A stretch of 64,000 bases of DNA. It comes from an uncultured Christensenella sp. (GTDB lineage: Bacteria > Bacillota > Clostridia > Christensenellales > UBA1242). The position numbers were made by a program, and so were the translations under genes. The notes beneath the pieces are model-generated. The model had not been told where the DNA came from, searched no databases, and saw only the letters and a program-made list of their open reading frames with translations. The first letter of the stretch is position 1; every line of letters begins with the position of its first letter. Shown in pieces: positions 19,772 to 30,286 of the stretch. The stretch is taken from NCBI GenBank assembly GCA_964579205.1, contig CAZOFH010000003.1, forward strand, positions 18,975 through 82,974, read 5' to 3'.

Positions 19772-20800
19772 TCACTTCAATTTGTTAATAAGTGAATAAA
19801 TTCTATCCAAATCATCCTGATTATAATAATCAAAATAGATTCTACCCTTTTTGTCATTACCTAAAATTGTTATTTTTGTGCCAAAAACTTGCTGCATTTC
19901 GTCTTTCATTGATAGCAATTCAGCACTCAATGGAGCCGATTTTTTCGCTGTTACTACTTCTGGTCTGAGCAGTTCTTGCACGGTTTTTTCCACATCACGA
20001 GCGGTCATTTTGCCATCAGAAGCCTTTTTTGCTAGTGTAATTTGCTGTTCTCTTGATAGACTTATGATTGCGCGAGCAATACCAGGAGCCAATTTCCCCT
20101 TTTCGACCAAAGTCAAAACTTCTGGTTCTAGCGACAACAAACGCAAAGAATTGGCGATAACAGGCCTACTTTTGCCTATTTTATCAGCAATTTGCTCTTG
20201 AGTGAAGCCATAATTGTCTATCAACTGCTTGATTGCCATTGCTGTTTCGATTGGATTTAGATCTTCGCGCTGCAAGTTTTCAATAAGCGCTATCTCTTTT
20301 ATTTGGTGCTCATTGTAATCCCTAACGATGACAGGCACTGTTTTGAGCCCTGCCATTTTTGCTGCTCTAAAACGCCTTTCACCTGCAATTATTTGATAAT
20401 TTTCACCTTCTTGCACAACTATTATCGGTTGAATAATTCCGTGTTCGCGTATTGATTGTGCTAATTCCTTCAAAGCCTCTTGATTAAAGTTTTTTCTTGG
20501 TTGGTCTGGATTTTGTACAAGTTTTGTAATAGCAACTTGTTTCCCACCACTACCATACAGATTATCGCCAGCCGTGGCTAACTTTTGTTCAACAGATGCT
20601 TTTTCTTTCAAGAATTCTTTGTTTTCAACTTTTTCCACATCCGGCTTATTTTCTGTCTTTTTCTGATATTTTTCTAGCAAATTATCAGCATTATTCAAAA
20701 TATCTAACTTTTTCTCTTCTTTTTGAGGTGTTTTCACCTCTTTTGGCTCATCATAGACAGCAAAAAGCGAACTTAATCCGCGTCCTAACCCTTTACTCAT
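19772..20800 (-). CDS. parB: ParB/Spo0J chromosome partitioning protein
   Basis: GLGRGL N-terminus, NPDQPRK, IIAGERRFRA and ALIENLQREDLNPIE. Confidence 0.97.
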   Translation of the reverse strand: MSKGLGRGLSSLFAVYDEPKEVKTPQKEEKKLDILNNADNLLEKYQKKTENKPDVEKVENKEFLKEKASVEQKLATAGDNLYGSGGKQVAITKLVQNPDQPRKNFNQEALKELAQSIREHGIIQPIIVVQEGENYQIIAGERRFRAAKMAGLKTVPVIVRDYNEHQIKEIALIENLQREDLNPIETAMAIKQLIDNYGFTQEQIADKIGKSRPVIANSLRLLSLEPEVLTLVEKGKLAPGIARAIISLSREQQITLAKKASDGKMTARDVEKTVQELLRPEVVTAKKSAPLSAELLSMKDEMQQVFGTKITILGNDKKGRIYFDYYNQDDLDRIYSLINKLK

Positions 20801-21615
20801 TGTTTAAACTCTCCCTTAAATATTTGTCTTTTATCCTTTAGCACCCCACCATCTTTGTTGCGCCTTAAGAATTCACGCGCCAACCCATTATAAGCGATTC
20901 CACCAATACTTTTACCATCATAAAGATATATTGGTAGACCGTGGCTCGGAGCCTCTGCAAGTCTAACATTTCTAGGAATTACTGTTTCGTATACTAATTT
21001 TCCAAAAAATTTCTTAATTTCATCAGCAACTTGATTAACCAAATTACTTCGACTATCCTTCATTGTCAAAATTACTCCTTCAATTTCTATAGAAGGGTTG
21101 TAATACTGTTTAACAAGTCTGACAGTATTCATTAACTGACTTAGCCCCTCTAGAGCATAAAACTCACATTGTATAGGAATAATCACACTATCGGTGGCTG
21201 TCAAAGCATTCACTGTAATCAAACCTAATGACGGAGGGCAGTCCATAAGTATATAATCATACTTGTTCTTCACGATTTCTAGTTGATTTTTTAACACTTT
21301 TTCGCGATTTTCCATTTGAACAAGGTCAACTTCCGCTCCAGCCAAATCCACATTACTAGGTACCAAATCCAAGCCTCGTATTGCGGTTTCTTTTATCACA
21401 TCCGAAATTTTTTGTTCCCCGGTGATTACATCATAAAAAGTAGACATATCTGCCGTTTTTTCATAACCAACACCAGTTGTTGCATTTCCTTGCGGGTCCA
21501 TATCGACCAATAATACTTTTTTACCATAAGCAGCAAGATAAGTAGCAAGATTTACACAAGTTGTAGTCTTGCCCACTCCACCTTTCTGATTGGTAAAAGC
21601 TACAATTTTACTCAT
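20797..21615 (-). CDS. parA: ParA/Soj ATPase
   Basis: NQKGGVGKTTT deviant Walker A, DMDPQGN, DCPPSLG and IPRNVRLAEAPSHG. Confidence 0.97.
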   Translation of the reverse strand: MSKIVAFTNQKGGVGKTTTCVNLATYLAAYGKKVLLVDMDPQGNATTGVGYEKTADMSTFYDVITGEQKISDVIKETAIRGLDLVPSNVDLAGAEVDLVQMENREKVLKNQLEIVKNKYDYILMDCPPSLGLITVNALTATDSVIIPIQCEFYALEGLSQLMNTVRLVKQYYNPSIEIEGVILTMKDSRSNLVNQVADEIKKFFGKLVYETVIPRNVRLAEAPSHGLPIYLYDGKSIGGIAYNGLAREFLRRNKDGGVLKDKRQIFKGEFKQ

Positions 21616-21744
21616 CTTTTCTCATCTCCTTTCGGGTACTATTATATCATATTTAAGTTTTCTATGCAATAAAAATGTAGTAAAAATTGCGCAAAATATA
21701 GAAAATTTTACCCTTTTTTATCATTTCTTGCGAACAATTATTAT

Positions 21745-21760
21745 TGTTTCACGTGAAACA
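21745..21760. promoter_or_regulatory. parS site
   Basis: Perfect TGTTTCACGTGAAACA. Confidence 0.93.
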
Positions 21761-22013
21761 TATTCAAATTATTCTTTTTGTATTTATACTAATAACTATA
21801 CAAACAAGTTATTATGCATTATCACTTAAATGGTGTTATCTCATTGCGAACAACAAAATTTGTATACCATTTTATAAGTAATTATGCTTGTGTACAATAA
21901 AATTGCAATGTTTCTCATAAAACTTTGCATACTTAATAATAATCACTATTCTTATTAATACTATTATAGACAATGTAGTATATTGTAGTAATAATTAAAT
22001 TAAAAAGATAATC

Positions 22014-22029
22014 TGTTTCACGTGAAACA
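22014..22029. promoter_or_regulatory. parS site
   Basis: Perfect TGTTTCACGTGAAACA. Confidence 0.93.
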
Positions 22030-22106
22030 AATAGTATTTGTGTATGCTGATTATGTGTTTTGTATAAAATAATAAAAACACACAAAAAGCGTGTTTGTTA
22101 CTATTT

Positions 22107-22826
22107 TTATAGAGGTTTTTGAATTATCTTGTTTTTCTGTCGTGGATATCTACTGTCTGTTGGAAAAACTTTTCTAATATGAATTAAGTTTCTTTGATAT
22201 ATACCGTTATCGAATGATTTTAAGTTAAAACTATCAATATTTAAAACATCTCCACCTAGTACGGCTATTGCATTTTGGGCGTTATTTAATTCATCTGTAG
22301 TTGTTAATGACTTAAAAGCAATCATTTCACCACTAATTTTTACAAAAGGCAAGCATAATTCAGTTAAAATATTTAATTGAGCCACGGCTCTTGAAATAAC
22401 ATAATCAAATGTTTCACGTGAAACATTTTGTTGTGGTAATTCTTGGGCTCGAGAATGTATGGCTCTAATATTAGTTAATCCCAATTCTGATATCGCAGTA
22501 TTCAAGAAATTAACTCTCTTTTGTAAACTATCAACCAAAGTTATATCTAAATCAGGTCGCATTATTTTAAGCGGGATGCCAGGGAATCCTCCTCCAGTAC
22601 CGATATCACATAAAGATGAGTTGCTTTTGTAGTAATCATAGTTTAATAAACTATCAGCGAAATGTTTGCAAGCAAATTCTTTAATCTCTGTAATTGATGT
22701 TAAATTGAATTGTTGATTATAATAAACAACCAAATCGTAAAATTTTGAAAGTTGTTCAAGTTGCTGACTAGACACGGAAATGTTATTTTGGTCTAAAACA
22801 GTCGAAATGATATCTAATTGCTGCAT
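22107..22826 (-). CDS. rsmG: 16S rRNA m7G527 methyltransferase RsmG (GidB)
   Basis: KHFADSL, DIGTGGGFPGIPL and FDYVISRAVA motifs. Confidence 0.96.
   Translation of the reverse strand: MQQLDIISTVLDQNNISVSSQQLEQLSKFYDLVVYYNQQFNLTSITEIKEFACKHFADSLLNYDYYKSNSSLCDIGTGGGFPGIPLKIMRPDLDITLVDSLQKRVNFLNTAISELGLTNIRAIHSRAQELPQQNVSRETFDYVISRAVAQLNILTELCLPFVKISGEMIAFKSLTTTDELNNAQNAIAVLGGDVLNIDSFNLKSFDNGIYQRNLIHIRKVFPTDSRYPRQKNKIIQKPL
22410..22425. promoter_or_regulatory. parS site inside rsmG (encodes VSRET)
   Basis: Perfect TGTTTCACGTGAAACA within the coding sequence. Confidence 0.9.
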
Positions 22827-24691
22827 TTTTGTGCTCTCCTCTTTTTTAGATAAATAGTAAGAATTTGAATATCGGCAGGCGACACCCCGCTAATTCTGCT
22901 CGCTTGCGCTAATGTTGTTGGGCGGGTGCTAGATAGTTTTTGTTGCGCCTCGATACGCAACCCTTTTAGAGCGCTATAATTAAAATCGGGCGCTATCTCG
23001 ATCGACTCACTTTTTAACTGCTCGAACACTTGTTCTTTTTGAATATTTATATATCCTTCATATTTTGTGATTATATTGAGTTGTTGTAGTATTTCTTGCG
23101 AAAAATCATCAAAAAAGTGGAATTTTTCGTTAAAATTATAAATATTTAGATTACCACGCTTTAATAATGTGCGCAATTTTATTCCTGTTATTACTTCATT
23201 TTCGCCTAAATTGCGCAAATATTCGTTTAATTCTTGTGTTGGGGATAATATTGTTTCTAATACAACTTCTCCCCTAGCGATTTCTTGTTCTTTTTTCAAT
23301 AATTTTTGATAATTTTTGTGGCTAACCAATCCAGCATGGTAGCCCATTTGGGTTAATCTCAAATCCGCATTGTCCTGCCTTAATAGCAAGCGATATTCGG
23401 CGCGCGACGTCATCATCCTATAAGGCTCATTAGTCCCTTTTGTGACTAAATCATCAATCAAAACCCCAATATATGCGTCACTTCGCTTTAAAACGAGAGG
23501 TTTTTGACCTCGAATCGCTAAACTTGCATTAATTCCCGCAAGTAGTCCTTGCGCAGCGGCCTCTTCATATCCGCTACTACCGTTGATTTGCCCTGCGCAG
23601 TATAAACCGCGGATGTTTTTGTACTCCAAAGTAGCAAACAAATCGCGCGAGTCGATACAATCATATTCGATTGCATAAGCATACCTCATCAGATGCGCCC
23701 TCTCCAACCCTTTGATGCTATGGATAAAATCCTGCTGCGAGTGATACGGCAAACTACTCGACAAACCTTGGACATAAACCTCATTAGTGCTGAGCGCTTC
23801 TGGTTCCAAAAAGAATTGATGCCTATTCTTGTCAGCAAATCGTACCACTTTGTCTTCTATAGATGGGCAATATCGCGGACCCACGCCCTTGATTACACCT
23901 TGATATAGTGGGCTATAGCGCAAATTTTCCTTTATTATCTCGTGTGTGCGCTCGTTTGTGTAGCCCATATAGCAAACCGCGATATTTTGCGGCGTTTTGC
24001 GTGTATTTTTGCTAAATGGTGGCAAATTATCTTGCCCCGCTTGAATTTCTAACGCATCAAAGTCTATTGTGCGCTTGTCCACGCGCATTGGCGTTCCAGT
24101 CTTGAAGCGATAAATCGTAAATCCAAGATTAGAAAGGCTCTTTGTCAGTTTTGTTGCATTGGTAAAACCGTTCGGACCGCTATTCTTGATATAATTACCT
24201 GTCAAAGTCCGACTATTAAGGTATACGCCAGTACAAACTACTATAGCCTTTGCAGAAAATTTCTCCCCCATTCCTGTCTTAATGCCACAAACTTTGCCGT
24301 CTTTCACCAAGATTTTGGTTACTTCTGCTTGCAAAATCGTCAAATTTTCTTGATTTTCGAGTGTTTTTTTCATAATTTCGTGATATTTGACTTTGTCTAC
24401 CTGAACTCGTAAAGAATGTACGGCAGGACCTTTTGCCTCGTTGAGCATTCTCCTGTGTATGGTTGCCTTGTCTGCAACCTCTCCCATCACGCCGCCTAGC
24501 GCATCAATCTCAAAAACTAAATGCCCTTTCGCTGTACCGCCAATACTTGGATTGCAAGGCAAAAAACCAATACTATCCAAATTGAGAGTCGTAACCAAAG
24601 TTTTTAGACCAGTTCTGGCGCAAGCCATTGCTGCCTCGCAACCAGCGTGCCCCGCGCCAACAACAATAACATCATAATCAGTATATTTCAT
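22814..24691 (-). CDS. mnmG: tRNA uridine-5-carboxymethylaminomethyl modification enzyme MnmG (GidA)
   Basis: VVGAGHAGCEAA, CNPSIGG, GPRYCPSIEDK and AGQINGSSGYEEAAAQG; start moved to ATG 24691. Confidence 0.98.
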   Translation of the reverse strand: MKYTDYDVIVVGAGHAGCEAAMACARTGLKTLVTTLNLDSIGFLPCNPSIGGTAKGHLVFEIDALGGVMGEVADKATIHRRMLNEAKGPAVHSLRVQVDKVKYHEIMKKTLENQENLTILQAEVTKILVKDGKVCGIKTGMGEKFSAKAIVVCTGVYLNSRTLTGNYIKNSGPNGFTNATKLTKSLSNLGFTIYRFKTGTPMRVDKRTIDFDALEIQAGQDNLPPFSKNTRKTPQNIAVCYMGYTNERTHEIIKENLRYSPLYQGVIKGVGPRYCPSIEDKVVRFADKNRHQFFLEPEALSTNEVYVQGLSSSLPYHSQQDFIHSIKGLERAHLMRYAYAIEYDCIDSRDLFATLEYKNIRGLYCAGQINGSSGYEEAAAQGLLAGINASLAIRGQKPLVLKRSDAYIGVLIDDLVTKGTNEPYRMMTSRAEYRLLLRQDNADLRLTQMGYHAGLVSHKNYQKLLKKEQEIARGEVVLETILSPTQELNEYLRNLGENEVITGIKLRTLLKRGNLNIYNFNEKFHFFDDFSQEILQQLNIITKYEGYINIQKEQVFEQLKSESIEIAPDFNYSALKGLRIEAQQKLSSTRPTTLAQASRISGVSPADIQILTIYLKKRRAQKCSN

Positions 24692-24775
24692 AATTTTCCC
24701 TTTATTTGTATTATGTATAATTATACCATATTTCTGCATAAAAGTACATACCTAAAGGGTGAAAACTATGCATAA

Positions 24776-25062
24776 ATATCCACAAAATCTAATTTTATTC
24801 ATAAAAAATTTTGATAAAATTGCTAAAAATTAGGTAAAATTCGGTAATAATTTTTTATTATTCTGGACTGAAAAAGTTTTACAACAATTTTGTTCTAACT
24901 ATCGGAATTATCAAATTGCAAATAGCCTAAACAAAAGGATTTAAAAAAGTTATCCACAATCACATCAATAAAAAACTGCAAAAATCGCGGTTTTTCGCTG
25001 TAAAAACATCGCAAATATTATCGAAATTAAAAGTTATCCACATAGTTATCCACATTTCCACA
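24776..25062. promoter_or_regulatory. Further DnaA-box cluster upstream of mnmG
   Basis: Perfect TTATCCACA at 24950, 25034 and 25046; one-mismatch boxes at 24776 and 25054; AT-rich flanks. Confidence 0.75.
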
Positions 25063-25289
25063 ATTTTTAAATAAATTATTTTATAATAAAAAAATCTAAA
25101 AAATTGACAGCGGTAAAAATAAAAAATTCAATAAATCAGGAAAATGAAAAAAAATACCAATAAAAAAGAAAAAAATTGCGAATACAGGTCGTTTTTGTTT
25201 TGAAAATAGTGCATAAATATGGTAAAATTATATTTATAAAAAATAAATATTTTTTCGCTAGTTATGCATAATATTGGTAGGGGAAATTT

Positions 25290-28200
25290 ATGAGCAAGTT
25301 ATACAAAAAAATTTATAATTATTTATTTGTAGTCTTGGGCATCGCGCTGATGTCTTGTCTTGCTATAACGTTTTGCTGGTTGGGTAATCCAAAATCACAA
25401 AAACAAGCGTTTGCGATCGAGGGGGAGTCTGTAGGTTATTGGTTGGATGATGGGAATTTTACTGAAATAAATTTAGGTGCGGCAACCGAATTTGAAATCA
25501 GCACGCCCGAGCAGTTCGCTGGAGTGTGTGCGGCAATAAATAAAGCGACAGATACTGCGGTTTTTGGCGGGGTGACTTTTTACATAACTCAAAATTTGGA
25601 TTTTTCGGCGCATTATTGGGTGCCTATAGGCTTATCGAGTGCTGAAAATTCGGTTTTGGCAAAATTTGTGGCTCGGACAAACAGTAATCAAGACACTATT
25701 CAATTAAGTGGAATAAAAATCGACAACACTTTGTCTGATTTTGCGACCAAATTCCCAGAGATTTCTGCGTTTGGCTTGTTTGGAGTGGTGGATAATTGTG
25801 TGCAAGTTTCTCAAGGATTTATTAAAGGCATCGAACTGGTTGATATGGATATAAAAATTGACCTCAGCAAAGTATCTGCCGACACAATTAATGTTGGTGG
25901 TGTGGCTGGATACTTTGCGGGGCAAAAAGAAAGCAACACGCCAGGGGTGAGTGGTGCTGGTATGATAAATTGTTGCGCGAGCGGTACGATCACTATAACG
26001 CAGTCTACAACAACGGATACAAAAACTGTAAATGTTGGCGGGGTGGTCGGAAATATCGGATTAAATACTTCGACGGGTGCCGGGGCGATGCTTAGTTACA
26101 CAGGGACTTCGATTGCGCAAAGGTTTCAGACTAATGCGGTAGAAATTTCTGTGACTGGCGGTGCGAACAATTTTAATATCGGCGGAGTTGTTGGGCAAAA
26201 TAATGGTACTATTAACGCAAAAAACACCACTTCGACTGAAATTTTCGTGAAAAATCTAAGTAAAATCGCTTCAGATACGGGTAATTGTGGTGGAATCGTT
26301 GGGTTGAATTCTGTCAATAGTGTGGTAGAAAATCTCTCGAGCGGGACAGACGATACTTCTGTTACAAATGCAAAAATCGCCGCTGCGGGTGATAGCGTGC
26401 AAGAAAAATTCTGCGCTGGCGGAATTGCGGGAAGTAATAAAGGAACAATCAAGAACTGTGCTAATTACGCGACGCTGAGTACTTACCAAGGCGCTCTCGG
26501 CGGAATAGCGGGCGACAATGCTAATGTGATAGATAATTGTAAAAACATGGGAATTATTGGCGTCGATAGCACGAGCATACCTGCGAGCGCTGTGAATATC
26601 GATGGAGTAAATCTCAACACCACAATCATTTTGGGTGGAATTGTTGGTAAAAATAGTGCCGCGACAGCCATAATTTCTCTTTGTAAAAATAATGGAGCAA
26701 TCGGCGGAATCGGGCAAGTCAATTATTTGGGCGGCTCTTTTGGGGGAGTGATTGGTAGTAATTGCGCCAACGCGACAATAAAAAATTGTGTAAATTACGC
26801 AACAATCGGCACGAATATTTACGCCAAAAATGCCGGCGGAATAGCGGGCTCAAACTCTGGTAAAATCACCTCGGACACAACTTTGTCTACGGCTAGCGAA
26901 TTTAAATTTACCGCAAATTTGGGTGACGTATATGCTAACAGTTATGCGGGCGGAATCGCTGGCGAGTGGAATAATGAAGTGCTGGGGATGCCGACGATTG
27001 AGATTTCGAACTGTTATAACAAAGGTAAAATCGACGGGCGGATTATGGGGGACAATACGAGTGCCTCAGTGGGAGGAATTTTGGGTGTTTCTCGGAATTG
27101 TCAATCCGATTCGCAAATAAAAAATTGTATTAATTTGGGGCAAATTGGCTCGACAAACGCCGTAGGCACTGCTGGCGGAATTATCGGCGATTCGCAATCT
27201 GTATTTGTGATACAGAATTGTGCAAATTATGGGACTTTGTCTGCAGCTGCTAATTTGGGCGGCATCATCGGCAATATCACTACTGCGGCGCCAACCTTTA
27301 ATTTGGTGATGGCTACTGGCGGATTGTTGCCGCAAAGCGATAATACAAATATTGGTGGAATTGTAGGCAAAATTGCGACGGGTATCACTATAGAGAGTGA
27401 TAGTTTGACAAAAAGCATTTTTGACCTCGGGGTGCTGGGATATGGCTTGCCATCGAACTTGCCTGATTACAAAGAGAACAAACTTTACCCTCTAAAAGTC
27501 ATAGGTTTTGGGAATACGCAGGCGAGATTTTCCCTTCTCAATTCGCCGATTACATATTATATGACTGCTCCCGGGGTGGAGTCTACTACCGGTAGAGAGT
27601 ACCATACGCTCGCATTTTTGAATAGTAGTGACTGGTATTTCCCGACTCAAAATCAGTCTACCCAAACATATTATTATGCTGTGCCAAAAATTTTTCAAGA
27701 TAACGGAATTTTTACTACTGATACCTCTAGTGCGTGGCAAAATGCCGTCGGTGCGCCTTATCCATCTCAACAACTCGCGAAAGTTTCGATAGAAAATCGC
27801 CTGCCGATAGCGTGGGATGCGGAGAATGATGCGGAAGTGGTGCAGTCGTACTATGTGAATATTTTTGACGGCTTGTTGCCTGAAAGTGCAAAAGCGAGCG
27901 TAATCGCAGGCGAGGGGCAGTATGTAATCATTGGGCAAAAAATTGCAAAACCGACGCAAAGCACAACCGCGATTTACCGAGACAGTGACACAACTGCGAG
28001 CGCTTATGATGAGCAAGTGAACGCTCTCGGGTGGAGTGGTCAGTACAATTTTCACGAAGGTTATCAGTCAGAATTCAAGAAAAATCAGCCTTATGGCGAA
28101 GAGTACACTTTTACTGAGAATGTCTTGGATTATAATTTAAATATCATCATAAAATGGACGCCGCGCGCATTCGAGGTGCAGTTGTATGTGTATGATTACG

Positions 28201-30152
28201 ACAACGACGAGTACAAGTTGCAAAATCGCGACGGTCAGGCGAACGAATTTATCACTTATTCGTTAAAGCCGGGTAACAAGCAGACGATTAGCCTGCTCAG
28301 CACAATGGGCAAAACCTATTACGGCTGGAGGTTGGACGGAACGCTCATTCGTACCGATTACGAAAACGAAGATGCGTGGATTGCTGCGTGGGTAAGTGAT
28401 TCGACGACCGAATTTGACCAAAATCAAATCTATCCTAGCGGACTAAAACTATATTGTATGTCCACATTGCAAAAAATTACCCTGCATCTCGGTGCTGGCG
28501 AAATTAGTATTTCTGGGACTGGCGGCGGCATCAGCGGAGTTTTTGACAGCAGCGTCACCCAAATCAACAGAGAGGTGCAATTTGGTATTCAGGTACAGTT
28601 GCCAATTCCGACAATTAGTGTGGCAAATTATACTTTCGAAGGGTATTTCGATATCAACGGCAACAGAAAGACTGCCGCGGATGCAAAATATACGCACACC
28701 GATGCTGCGACTGAGTTTGCGTTGGTGGCGCATTGGACATACACAATAAAATACATCAGGTATGTGTCAAAAATTGATGGTAACGAAATCGAACTAAAAA
28801 CGGTGGAGGCGACTTACAATCAGCCAATTAGCCTTGACAATCAGGCGAGTGAGCAGAATTTTGCGACATGGAACATAAATTACACGATGATTAATTCGGA
28901 GATTGACCCGCTTGGCTACAAATTCAGCGGCGCATATAGCGACCCTGAATGTCAAAATGCTTTTGATTATACCCAAGATATCACGGGCGACTTGACGATT
29001 TATATCGCGTGGGAGCGGTTGAGTTTTACCCTGATGCTCAACGCAAATATCGGATACGATTTGTCAGGGAATTTGCGCGAAGGTGGCTGGGGAGATGGCT
29101 CTAGGATCATTACGCTAAGAGTGCCATATAATGAAAATTTGACTACTTATCTGCAAAACTGGAAAAGTAGCGAAACAGAAAAAAGCGCTGTCAGCGCTAC
29201 GGGTTTTGAACCAATATTAAAAGGAACGGGGTACAACTGGGCTTTGCGCGCTATTCCGATGGGAGATGACTTTACCTCGGATGCGCTCCTCGCAAACAAT
29301 GCTGACAAAAACTTTATGCCAGCGAACAACACCCTTGCCTTGTACATTGTGTGGGAAAGGCAGTTTTATGACATAATTTTTAACGCGAACACGGGGTACT
29401 TCCCAAGCGATAGTGGGGGTGCAACCACTACACAAACGCGCAAAATCTTGTACGAGGCGAATATCAAAAATGCAATCAACTCTTTTGACGCCGACTCGCT
29501 GCAAACAGTCAAGGTCGACGATTATTCAAAATGGGTATTCAAATACTGGAGTCTGACTCCTGACGGCGTGGAAATCCCTGCTGATACCATTATGGGGACA
29601 GGGCTCACGGTTTATGCGATTTATGGTGAGCAGCGTATTGTAAAATTTTATGTCGGCGGCGCGCAACCGGGCAACAAAATCGGTGAAATGATTGTACCAG
29701 ACGGTGCTATTTTGGGCGAAATGTCTGACAAAATGGCTGACTTTAATAAAAGAATTCAAGAAATGCTGCAAGATAGTGAAAGCAAGCAAAGTGCTTTTGA
29801 CTTGGATTATTGGGTAGAAATGACTTACGATGTGGCATACAATATTACCGAATCGACTGAGCCATTTGATTTTGATACTCGCGTGATAAATGAAAATATC
29901 GACTTGCTCGCAAAATTGAAGCCGAACGCAAATTATGTCGCACCGAGCAAAGATACTACAAACTACATAATTATTGCGGGAATTGTGATTGTGGCATCGC
30001 TCGTGCTGTTGTTTGTCGTGTTGGTTGCGCGACCTGCAAAAGCAAGTCTATCTACCGACAAAAAAGCGAAAAACAAGGAAATACAAGCGCAACTAGACGA
30101 AATCAAAGAGTTGGAGCGTCGGCGCAGAAATATGGATAACCCTTATGACTAA
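25290..30152 (+). CDS. Large cell-surface protein with GLUG-like repeats, InlB-B-repeat-like domains and a C-terminal TM anchor
   Basis: N-terminal hydrophobic signal; about 10 GGI(A/V)GxNxxxIxNC repeats; GYxFxGxY...YxxW modules; TM segment YIIIAGIVIVASLVLLFVVLV followed by a basic tail. Confidence 0.85.
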   Translation: MSKLYKKIYNYLFVVLGIALMSCLAITFCWLGNPKSQKQAFAIEGESVGYWLDDGNFTEINLGAATEFEISTPEQFAGVCAAINKATDTAVFGGVTFYITQNLDFSAHYWVPIGLSSAENSVLAKFVARTNSNQDTIQLSGIKIDNTLSDFATKFPEISAFGLFGVVDNCVQVSQGFIKGIELVDMDIKIDLSKVSADTINVGGVAGYFAGQKESNTPGVSGAGMINCCASGTITITQSTTTDTKTVNVGGVVGNIGLNTSTGAGAMLSYTGTSIAQRFQTNAVEISVTGGANNFNIGGVVGQNNGTINAKNTTSTEIFVKNLSKIASDTGNCGGIVGLNSVNSVVENLSSGTDDTSVTNAKIAAAGDSVQEKFCAGGIAGSNKGTIKNCANYATLSTYQGALGGIAGDNANVIDNCKNMGIIGVDSTSIPASAVNIDGVNLNTTIILGGIVGKNSAATAIISLCKNNGAIGGIGQVNYLGGSFGGVIGSNCANATIKNCVNYATIGTNIYAKNAGGIAGSNSGKITSDTTLSTASEFKFTANLGDVYANSYAGGIAGEWNNEVLGMPTIEISNCYNKGKIDGRIMGDNTSASVGGILGVSRNCQSDSQIKNCINLGQIGSTNAVGTAGGIIGDSQSVFVIQNCANYGTLSAAANLGGIIGNITTAAPTFNLVMATGGLLPQSDNTNIGGIVGKIATGITIESDSLTKSIFDLGVLGYGLPSNLPDYKENKLYPLKVIGFGNTQARFSLLNSPITYYMTAPGVESTTGREYHTLAFLNSSDWYFPTQNQSTQTYYYAVPKIFQDNGIFTTDTSSAWQNAVGAPYPSQQLAKVSIENRLPIAWDAENDAEVVQSYYVNIFDGLLPESAKASVIAGEGQYVIIGQKIAKPTQSTTAIYRDSDTTASAYDEQVNALGWSGQYNFHEGYQSEFKKNQPYGEEYTFTENVLDYNLNIIIKWTPRAFEVQLYVYDYDNDEYKLQNRDGQANEFITYSLKPGNKQTISLLSTMGKTYYGWRLDGTLIRTDYENEDAWIAAWVSDSTTEFDQNQIYPSGLKLYCMSTLQKITLHLGAGEISISGTGGGISGVFDSSVTQINREVQFGIQVQLPIPTISVANYTFEGYFDINGNRKTAADAKYTHTDAATEFALVAHWTYTIKYIRYVSKIDGNEIELKTVEATYNQPISLDNQASEQNFATWNINYTMINSEIDPLGYKFSGAYSDPECQNAFDYTQDITGDLTIYIAWERLSFTLMLNANIGYDLSGNLREGGWGDGSRIITLRVPYNENLTTYLQNWKSSETEKSAVSATGFEPILKGTGYNWALRAIPMGDDFTSDALLANNADKNFMPANNTLALYIVWERQFYDIIFNANTGYFPSDSGGATTTQTRKILYEANIKNAINSFDADSLQTVKVDDYSKWVFKYWSLTPDGVEIPADTIMGTGLTVYAIYGEQRIVKFYVGGAQPGNKIGEMIVPDGAILGEMSDKMADFNKRIQEMLQDSESKQSAFDLDYWVEMTYDVAYNITESTEPFDFDTRVINENIDLLAKLKPNANYVAPSKDTTNYIIIAGIVIVASLVLLFVVLVARPAKASLSTDKKAKNKEIQAQLDEIKELERRRRNMDNPYD

Positions 30153-30156
30153 GATT

Positions 30157-30202
30157 AAAAAGAGTTTATGTTATATTAAGAGAATAACAAAACTCTTTTT
30201 TA
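30157..30202 (+). terminator. Rho-independent terminator
   Basis: aaaaagagttt...aaactcttttt inverted repeat after the stop codon. Confidence 0.65.
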
Positions 30203-30286
30203 TTTATTAACTTTGATTTTCTACTTGAAAAAATCTTGTTCGTAATATATAATAATGTAATAAAATTGTACAAAAGGGGTAAAAAT

